A DNA stretch of 64,000 nucleotides from Myxococcota bacterium. GTDB lineage: Bacteria > Myxococcota_A > Polyangia > Nannocystales > Nannocystaceae. The stretch lies in NCBI GenBank assembly GCA_039028615.1, contig JBCCHT010000031.1, positions 1 to 64,000 on the forward strand, written 5' to 3'. Shown here in pieces: positions 57,108 through 64,000 of the stretch. A program made the translations under genes and the position numbers. Every line of letters begins with the position of its first letter. The first letter of the stretch is position 1. The notes below the pieces were generated by a model. The model did not search any database and was not told where the DNA came from. It saw only the letters and a list, made by a program, of their open reading frames with translations.

Positions 57108-58367
57108 ATGAGCTCTTCCAAGCGCGATAACGGCCACGGCAACCTGAGCTGCTCCTTCTGCGGAAAGAGTCAGAAGGAAGTCAAAAAGCTAATTGCCGGG
57201 CCGTCGGTCTACATCTGCGACGAGTGCATCTCCTTGTGCAACGACATCCTCGCCGAGGAAGTCCAGAAGGAAGAGCGCTCGCAGGGTCAAGGCAAGGTTC
57301 CCAAGCCCAAGGAAATCCGGGTCATCCTGGACGACTACGTCATCGGGCAGAACCTCGCCAAGAAGATCATCTCGGTCGCGGTCTACAACCACTACAAGCG
57401 CATCACCGCGAAGAAGAAGCCCGACGAGGCCGAGCTGCAAAAGAGCAACATCTTGCTCATCGGTCCCACCGGGTCCGGCAAGACGCTGCTCGCTCAGACC
57501 TTGGCGCGCATCCTCGACGTGCCCTTCGCCATCGCCGATGCCACCAGCCTCACCGAGGCCGGCTACGTGGGCGAGGACGTCGAGAACATCATCGTCAGCC
57601 TCCTGCAGAACGCCGACCACGACGTCGAGCGAGCGCAGCGGGGCATCATCTACATCGACGAGATCGACAAGATTGCTCGCAAGGGCGACAACCCCTCGAT
57701 CACGCGTGACGTGTCCGGCGAGGGCGTTCAGCAGGCCTTGCTGAAGATCCTCGAGGGGACCATCGCTTCGGTGCCGCCCAAGGGTGGTCGCAAGCATCCC
57801 CAGCAGGACTTCCTTCAGGTCGACACCACGAACATCCTGTTCATCTGTGGCGGAGCCTTCGCCGGGATCGAAGACATCATCGATCACCGCATGAGCGCTC
57901 GCACCATGGGCTTCGGTGCCGACATCCAAAAGAAGAAAGAGCTGCGGCAGTGGGAGCTGCTGCAGGCGGTGCAGAACGAAGACCTCATGAAGTTCGGGCT
58001 CATCCCCGAGTTCATCGGTCGTCTGCCCGTGGTCGCGCCGCTCCAGGAGCTCGACGAAGAAGCCCTGGTCAAGATCCTCACCGAGCCCAAGAACGCCCTG
58101 GTCAAGCAGTACAAGCGACTGCTCGAGATGGACGGCGTCGAGCTCAAGTTCACCGACGACGCTCTCAAGGCGGTGGCCACCAAGGCCAAGGCTCAGCGCT
58201 CCGGCGCTCGTGGCCTGCGTTCCATCCTCGAGCACGCCATGCTCGACGTCATGTACGACATCCCGAGTGTCGACAACATCGTCGAAGCGGTCGTCAACGA
58301 GGACTGCATCACCGAGGACAAGAGCCCGGTCGTCGTCTATCGGAACGAGGAAAAGGAAGCGAGCTAG
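57108..58367 (+). CDS. clpX: ATP-dependent Clp protease ATP-binding subunit
   Basis: Zinc finger [37 protein letters not shown] loop. Confidence 0.98.
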   Translation: MSSSKRDNGHGNLSCSFCGKSQKEVKKLIAGPSVYICDECISLCNDILAEEVQKEERSQGQGKVPKPKEIRVILDDYVIGQNLAKKIISVAVYNHYKRITAKKKPDEAELQKSNILLIGPTGSGKTLLAQTLARILDVPFAIADATSLTEAGYVGEDVENIIVSLLQNADHDVERAQRGIIYIDEIDKIARKGDNPSITRDVSGEGVQQALLKILEGTIASVPPKGGRKHPQQDFLQVDTTNILFICGGAFAGIEDIIDHRMSARTMGFGADIQKKKELRQWELLQAVQNEDLMKFGLIPEFIGRLPVVAPLQELDEEALVKILTEPKNALVKQYKRLLEMDGVELKFTDDALKAVATKAKAQRSGARGLRSILEHAMLDVMYDIPSVDNIVEAVVNEDCITEDKSPVVVYRNEEKEAS

Positions 58368-58604
58368 CGCGCTGACCGCGTTGCACCCGGTGGTCGGGCT
58401 CCACCCGACCGCGGTTCGCACCTAGTGCACGAGGCCGGTGGCCAGGCGCAACGCGCTTGCCGCCGGTTTTCAATTGTGGCGCCGAATCGCCCGCCAACCG
58501 TCGTCCACTTCGTTTTAGGATGGTGCGCGGCCGGGTCGGTGCCACGGGGGTGCAACAGGTCGGCCCACGGTCCGTCCATAGGGCGGAAGCGAGGAAGCGA
58601 GTCG

Positions 58605-59465
58605 ATGCCGACGCAGAGGATTCATCGGGGGGCACGGATGGGAGCAAGTCTCGCGATCACGGTGGGCCTCATCATCGGCACCAGCGGCTGTTTCCAAGAC
58701 ACCTTCATGATGCCCGAGGACGACGACGACACCCCGGTCGGCACGACCTCGGGTGGCACCGTCCCGGCAGACAGCGGCGGCGACACGGTCAGCGCCGAGA
58801 CCGAAGACGCGGTCGACGGCACGGACGACGCGGCCACCACCACCGGTGTCGACACGACGGGCGACGACACCACCGACACGGGCGAAGAGGACAGCGGCAG
58901 CACCTCCGACATGGTCGACGACAGCACGGGCGAAGAGGTCGTGCTCTCCGTCGACGAGCTGCTCGAAGGCGACCTGGTCATCTCCGAGGTGATGTGGAAC
59001 CCGACCTGCGCCCAGGACACCTGCGAGTGGCTCGAGGTCTACAACGCCACCGCCCACACGGTGAACCTGCTCGATCTGTTCGTGCAGGACAACAACTTCA
59101 ACCCCGGCAACCAAGGGCGCATCACCACCGACCTGCTGGTCGAGTCCGGTGACGTCGTGGTGATCACCCGCGGCGTGGACTTCTGGCCCTACGACTTTGG
59201 GGCCGACGGCATCTACGGCCCGCAGCCCGGCTTCACCAACAGCTCGCCCGAGCGCGCGGTGTTGGTCAACGCGGGCGGCATCATCGACCAGACCTGGTTC
59301 TTCGACATCGACCAGGAAGAGGGCATCGCGTGGTCGCTGTCGGGGGTGAGCCTCGACGCGGTGAGCAACGACGACCCCGACTCCTGGTGCCTCGCCACCG
59401 ACGAGCTGCCGACCTTCACCGATACCGAGTACGGCACGCCCGGGCAGCTGAACCCGCCCTGCTGA
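58605..59465 (+). CDS. Lipoprotein with a lamin-tail-like domain
   Basis: Lipobox TSGC; Asp/Thr tether; GDLVISEVMWNP...EWLEVYN; GTPGQLN. Start is 58605 or 58638. Confidence 0.8.
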   Translation: MPTQRIHRGARMGASLAITVGLIIGTSGCFQDTFMMPEDDDDTPVGTTSGGTVPADSGGDTVSAETEDAVDGTDDAATTTGVDTTGDDTTDTGEEDSGSTSDMVDDSTGEEVVLSVDELLEGDLVISEVMWNPTCAQDTCEWLEVYNATAHTVNLLDLFVQDNNFNPGNQGRITTDLLVESGDVVVITRGVDFWPYDFGADGIYGPQPGFTNSSPERAVLVNAGGIIDQTWFFDIDQEEGIAWSLSGVSLDAVSNDDPDSWCLATDELPTFTDTEYGTPGQLNPPC

Positions 59466-59622
59466 CGGCGGCTCGTACCGCAGCGGCATGAAGCCGCGTC
59501 ATTGCGGGCTCGGGCGAGTCGTTGGCATGGCGAACCGGCGACGGGTGTCCTCGGTGCGCGGGCAAAACGAAACCGCCGGGTGGCGAGCCACCAGGCGGTC
59601 GGGAGCGAGAAGCTCGGGCGGC

Positions 59623-62600
59623 TCAGCGGAGCCGGTCGACCTTGAGCTGGCCGTTGCTCTTGAACTCGGACTCGCCGGCTCGGGCCTCGGCCAGACCGCT
59701 GGTGCGGAGCACCCACATGCGGCGAACAGACACGACGTCGTCGTCCTCGCGGGCGTAGATCTCGATGAGGTTGTTGCCGGGAGTCAGCGGGACGTCGGCG
59801 CTGAAGTCCAGGTTGCCGGAGCTGGGGGTGGCGCTGGCCTCGTAGAAGACCTTCTCGCGCTTGGCGAACAGGTCGCGCGAGGGGTTGGCCACGGTGATGA
59901 ACATGTCCTGGACCCGGGTCTCGTCGGCGACGACCCCGGACAGGTGCAGGCTGGTCTCTTCGGTCTGGGTGACCATGCCCTCGAGGGTGATCTTGGGCGG
60001 AGAGACCTCGAGGACGGGCTCGTGGGCGCCGACCTTGGCCTTGCCCTTGGCGTCGTCGCAGGCCTCGTTGGGCACGAAGGCGAAGCCGCCGTCGCCGAGG
60101 TCGAGGCGCAGCCAGGTGCTGGTCTGGCCGTTGACGCGGAAGCGCTGCCCCGCGGAGGCATGAGCCACGGGGCGGCTGCCCTCGAGCGGGCTGGCGTACA
60201 GGTCGACCTCGTCGCGGGTGATGACCGAGCGGCGGCTGACCGACTCGACGGGCTCACCCACCTCGGCAACGGGGAACAGCAGCTTCTCGGAGACCGCCTC
60301 GCCGACCTTGGTGTCGGAGACCGAAAGCTGGACGCGGGTCTGGCCGCCGCGCGGGCGCTGGCGGAGCTCGGCGTCGAGGTCGATGACCTTGGTCTCGCCC
60401 ACGGGCAAGCGCTCGAGTCGCTCGCGGCCCTCGTGGATGAACAAGGCCTCGTCGCTGAGGTTGCGCAGGTTGATCCACGTGTCGAGGGCCTCGCCCTCGC
60501 CCTTGTTGGTGACGTTGACCCGCAGCCGGACGCGCTCGCCGACCTGCCAGATGCCGTCGCCGTTGCCGTCGATCTTGGTGCCCTTGGTGGGCTGGTCGAG
60601 GATCTGGTAGCCGAACGCGAACTGCGGCCGGGGCAGGCCCTCGGCGCTGATGTCGATGGAGGTCTGCGAGCCCTTGGCCAGGATGGCGCCGTACTGCTCG
60701 AACAGGTGCACGTCGATGCGATCGGTGCGGCTGATCTCGTTTTCGCCGACGGCCAGCTTGATCTCGAAGGACTTGGAGGCGCCGGGGTCGATGCGGCCGA
60801 AGATCAGCTCCCGCTCGTCGAAGTAGCGGTAGTCGCTGTCGGTGATGGCCCGCACCTGGTACGCGGTGCCGTCGCCCCGGTTCTCGACGGTGACCTCGAC
60901 CGTGCCCTTGTCGCCGCCCTTGATGGTGTTGCTGGGCTTGTCGCTCTTCACTGTCATGAACAGCTTGGGCGCCCCCGTCCCGGGCTTGGGGCCGCGGGTC
61001 CAGTCGATATCGCGGGCGGCCAGGCTGCCCGTGATGCGCTCGTGCTCGCTGCGCTTTTGGTCGCGCACGAACTCGCCCATCTGCTCGAGCAGGTCGTCGC
61101 GGCGGCTGGTGGGAGCCCAGGCCACGAGGTCACGGGCCATGCGGATCTCGGGATCCTCGAGCAGCATGGCGGTGCGCTTGTCGAGGTCTTGCTCCTTGTC
61201 GGAGTCGCGCACGGGCGCGGCCTGACGCTTGGCGTCGGCGCGGGTCTGGGCGTCGGTTTTCTTGCTGGGATCGTCGGGGTCGAGCGAGCCCTGGTCGAGG
61301 AAGTGCAGGGCAAAGGGGCTGCGCTTGCGCTCTTCGACGAGGTCGGACTCGAGGTGGGCCGACAGCGACTCCTCGCGCAGCAGATCGAAGCGCTGGCGGC
61401 CGAAGTAGGCGACGTGGTCCTTGCTGATCCAGACCGGGAGCGTCTCGATGTCGGGGGCCACGCCGACCGACTGGATGGAGACGTCACCGGGGGTGAGGTA
61501 CTGGGCCACGGTGAGCTTGAGCGCGAGCTCCTTGTCGGCGACCTTGCGATCGCGCAGCTCCTGCACCGAGCCCTTGCCGAAGCTGCGGCGCCCCATGAGC
61601 ACGGCTCGGCCCTGGTTGCGCAGCGCCCCGGCCACGATCTCGGAGGCGCTGGCCGAGCCCTGATCGATGAGCACCACGACGGGCAGATCGGGGAAGTCGC
61701 CGCGACTGCTGGCCCGGCTCTCTTTGCGGGGCGAGGCCACGCCTTCGGTGGCCACGATGGTGCCCGAGGACAGGAACGCGTCGGCGACCTCGACCGCGGC
61801 GTTGAGCAGGCCGCCGGGGTTGCCTCGCAGGTCGAGGATGACGCCCTCCACGCCCTCGCGCTCGAATTCGGAGAGCTTGGCCTGGAGCTCCTTGCCCGTG
61901 TTGCGAGAGAAGTTGCGGGGGATCTGCACCAGCCCGACCTTGCGCTCCTTGCCCTGCTCGTCGGTGTCGCGCAGGACGTCGCCGATGACGCTGTCGAGGG
62001 CGATGGTGGCCCGGGTGATCTCGAGCGGCTTGGGCTTTTGCAGGCCGTCGCGCATGACATAGACGGTGACCATCGTGCCCGCCGGGCCGCGCAGCAGACC
62101 GACCGCGTCGTTGAGGCTCATGGTGACGGTGGACTCGGCGTCGATCTGGACGATGCGGTCGCCGGGTCGCATGTCGACCTGAGACGCGGGGTTGTCCTCG
62201 ATGACGCGGATCACGGTGATCGCCCCGTCGCGCATGCCGACCTCGATGCCCAAGCCGCCGAAGCTGCCCTTGGTGCTGGCCCGCATGTCCTCGAAGTCTT
62301 CGGGCTTGAGCAGGTTGCTGTGCGGGTCGAGGGTGCCGAGCACCCCTTCGACTACCGCGTACTCGGCCTTGCGCTGCTCGTCCTCGTCGAGGGTGGTGTG
62401 CTTGTTGACGAAGCGGAAGACCGCCCGCACATGGGGCCCCACCGCCCACAGGGCCTCGACCTCGCCGATGTCGAACTCCTGCTCGGCTGTGCCCACCCGC
62501 ACGAGCACCGTCTTTCCGTCGTCGCTCGGCTCGACCAGGACCTCGGCGATGTCCTGCTCGAGGGCCTCGAGGGCGCCCAGGGTCATGGCCTGGGGATCGA

Positions 62601-62844
62601 TGCGATCAGGCTCTACGTAGTATTTGGAGACGTTCCAGAGGGTCCAGTCGAGGACCCGCAGCTCCGTGGCGTCGTGGTCGGGGACCAGGCGGGCGTGCTT
62701 GCGCGGGTCCGTGCGCTGGGCCTGGGCGTAGGTGTCGCCCATGGCCGTCAGGCCCAAGGCGGCCAGCAGCGAGCCCACGACGATGATCGGTGCCGACGCT
62801 CGGCCGTGGGAGGGAAGCGGACGGCCGGAGGCGGGAGAAGTCAC
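59623..62844 (-). CDS. S41 carboxyl-terminal processing protease, MXAN_5808-type long form
   Basis: LDPHS; PDZ GLGIEV; DLRGNPGGLL; SASASEIVAGAL; FGKGSVQ; C-terminal Ig-like and SH3-like extensions. Confidence 0.9.
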   Translation of the reverse strand: MTSPASGRPLPSHGRASAPIIVVGSLLAALGLTAMGDTYAQAQRTDPRKHARLVPDHDATELRVLDWTLWNVSKYYVEPDRIDPQAMTLGALEALEQDIAEVLVEPSDDGKTVLVRVGTAEQEFDIGEVEALWAVGPHVRAVFRFVNKHTTLDEDEQRKAEYAVVEGVLGTLDPHSNLLKPEDFEDMRASTKGSFGGLGIEVGMRDGAITVIRVIEDNPASQVDMRPGDRIVQIDAESTVTMSLNDAVGLLRGPAGTMVTVYVMRDGLQKPKPLEITRATIALDSVIGDVLRDTDEQGKERKVGLVQIPRNFSRNTGKELQAKLSEFEREGVEGVILDLRGNPGGLLNAAVEVADAFLSSGTIVATEGVASPRKESRASSRGDFPDLPVVVLIDQGSASASEIVAGALRNQGRAVLMGRRSFGKGSVQELRDRKVADKELALKLTVAQYLTPGDVSIQSVGVAPDIETLPVWISKDHVAYFGRQRFDLLREESLSAHLESDLVEERKRSPFALHFLDQGSLDPDDPSKKTDAQTRADAKRQAAPVRDSDKEQDLDKRTAMLLEDPEIRMARDLVAWAPTSRRDDLLEQMGEFVRDQKRSEHERITGSLAARDIDWTRGPKPGTGAPKLFMTVKSDKPSNTIKGGDKGTVEVTVENRGDGTAYQVRAITDSDYRYFDERELIFGRIDPGASKSFEIKLAVGENEISRTDRIDVHLFEQYGAILAKGSQTSIDISAEGLPRPQFAFGYQILDQPTKGTKIDGNGDGIWQVGERVRLRVNVTNKGEGEALDTWINLRNLSDEALFIHEGRERLERLPVGETKVIDLDAELRQRPRGGQTRVQLSVSDTKVGEAVSEKLLFPVAEVGEPVESVSRRSVITRDEVDLYASPLEGSRPVAHASAGQRFRVNGQTSTWLRLDLGDGGFAFVPNEACDDAKGKAKVGAHEPVLEVSPPKITLEGMVTQTEETSLHLSGVVADETRVQDMFITVANPSRDLFAKREKVFYEASATPSSGNLDFSADVPLTPGNNLIEIYAREDDDVVSVRRMWVLRTSGLAEARAGESEFKSNGQLKVDRLR

Positions 62845-63043
62845 ATTCGCAGTCTACCTTCGGGGTCGGACAGCGGCCACTTTGGCGGGCCCAGATGCCC
62901 TTTGCCGACCGTGGCCCCGCATCCAGCGTTGTTCGCGCGATCGGCCGCGTGAGGGAGCCCGGACTCGGTTGCTGCGGTGAAACATCCGAAGCCCGGGTGA
63001 CGGTGGTCGTGCGGTGGACGCCGGGATTACACTGCCGCAACGC

Positions 63044-64000
63044 ATGGCAAAGGCCAGCAAGCCCCGCACGCGCAAGAAGGCCAGCTCGAAGGGCGCCGCC
63101 CGCGAGCCCGAGCCGGTCGATGTCGAGGTCATCGAAGCCGCTCCCGCGGACGAAGAGCCCGACGAAGACGAGCTGGGGAGCGAGGCGCTGGCCGAGGTCG
63201 AGGTCAGCGAAGAAGACCTCGATGCCATCGCGACCGATCTGGCTCGTCGCGCCAAGGCGGCGCCGTCCGGCTCGACCGCGCTGGCCCGGCGCGACCCGAT
63301 GGCGGCCTACATGTCCGAGGTGCGTCAGCACCCGCTGCTGTCGCGCGAGGAAGAGTACGAGCTGGCCGTGCGCTGGGTGGAAAACGGCGACAAGGAGGCC
63401 GGTCGCAAGCTGGTGACCTCCAACCTCCGGCTCGTGGTGAAGATCGCCCACGAGTACCGCCGCGCCTATCACAACCTGCTCGACTTGGTGCAAGAGGGCA
63501 ACGTCGGCCTGGTGAAGGCGGTGCAGAAGTTCGACCCCTATCGCGGGGTCAAGCTCAGCACCTACTCCGGCTGGTGGATTCGGGCCTACATCCTCAAGTA
63601 CATCCTCAACAACTGGCGGCTGGTGAAGATCGGCACCACGCAAAACCAGCGCAAGTTGTTCTTCAACCTCCGCAAGCAGCGGGACGCCCTGACGGCGGCG
63701 GGCATCGATCCCACGCCCGAGCGCATCGCCAAGGAACTCGACGTCTCGCCCAAAGAGGTTCGCGAGATGGAGCGGCGCATGTCCGCCCCCGACGTCTCGC
63801 TCGACGCCCCGCTGGGCACCGACGATGGCGACGGCACTCGCACTCGGCTCGATCTCATCGAGGACGACTTCGCCGACCCCGAGGACAACGTCGACGCGGC
63901 CGAGTTCAAGAACCTGTTGCAAGACAAGCTCATGGCCTTCGGGGCCGACCTCGCCGGGCGCGAGCTCGAGATCTTCCGCGATCGCCTGATGGCCGAGGAG
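63044..64000 (+). CDS. rpoH: RpoH/sigma-32-family sigma factor (3' end runs off the window; absent from the ORF track)
   Basis: Manual translation gives LVTSNLRLVVKIAHEY, DLVQEGNVGL, FDPYRGVKLSTY..WWIRAYI and the RpoH box QRKLFFNLR. Myxobacteria have several paralogues, so the call is family-level. Confidence 0.88.
   Translation, partial: MAKASKPRTRKKASSKGAAREPEPVDVEVIEAAPADEEPDEDELGSEALAEVEVSEEDLDAIATDLARRAKAAPSGSTALARRDPMAAYMSEVRQHPLLSREEEYELAVRWVENGDKEAGRKLVTSNLRLVVKIAHEYRRAYHNLLDLVQEGNVGLVKAVQKFDPYRGVKLSTYSGWWIRAYILKYILNNWRLVKIGTTQNQRKLFFNLRKQRDALTAAGIDPTPERIAKELDVSPKEVREMERRMSAPDVSLDAPLGTDDGDGTRTRLDLIEDDFADPEDNVDAAEFKNLLQDKLMAFGADLAGRELEIFRDRLMAEE

Noticed and set aside
59488..62952. 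1154-aa plus-strand ORF, and similarly 18788-22129
   Set aside because: Antisense shadows of the S41 protease and RCC1 genes.

Overview
High-GC (roughly 70% by eye) chromosomal window that I infer comes from a myxobacterium (Myxococcota, probably Nannocystaceae-like). The inference rests on the pilMNOPQ-mglC-accBC-sgmX gene order, an MXAN_5808-type S41 protease and many Cys-rich lipoproteins with Ser/Thr/Asp-rich tethers. The left half (1-31.4 kb) is accessory. It holds a five-repeat YjgN/DUF898-like membrane protein, an HEXXH metalloprotease lipoprotein, three ECF sigma systems (one with a FecR/TPR anti-sigma, one with a TPR anti-sigma plus a barrel-like protein, one membrane-tethered fusion), IHF, a heme-c/DUF1501/cytochrome c operon, RCC1, TSP3 and FG-GAP surface proteins, an RPH-like PEP-utilising enzyme, esterase-glpK and an HxlR/CMD pair. 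The right half is mostly core: a PilR2-like sigma-54 regulator, xre-pilMNOPQ, aroK-aroB, mglC, aroQ, accB-accC, sgmX, a cystathionine gamma-synthase, two paralogous lipoproteins, tig-clpP-clpX, an S41 protease and a truncated RpoH-family sigma factor. I saw no tRNA, rRNA, IS element or CRISPR array. Best leads: (1) a PilQ secretin with a ~645-aa proline-free coiled-coil insert; (2) an ECF/anti-sigma/small-barrel module that shares an upstream DNA motif with the nearby heme-c/DUF1501 operon; (3) a one-component membrane-anchored ECF sigma. All family calls come from reading motifs and from memory; no searches were run.
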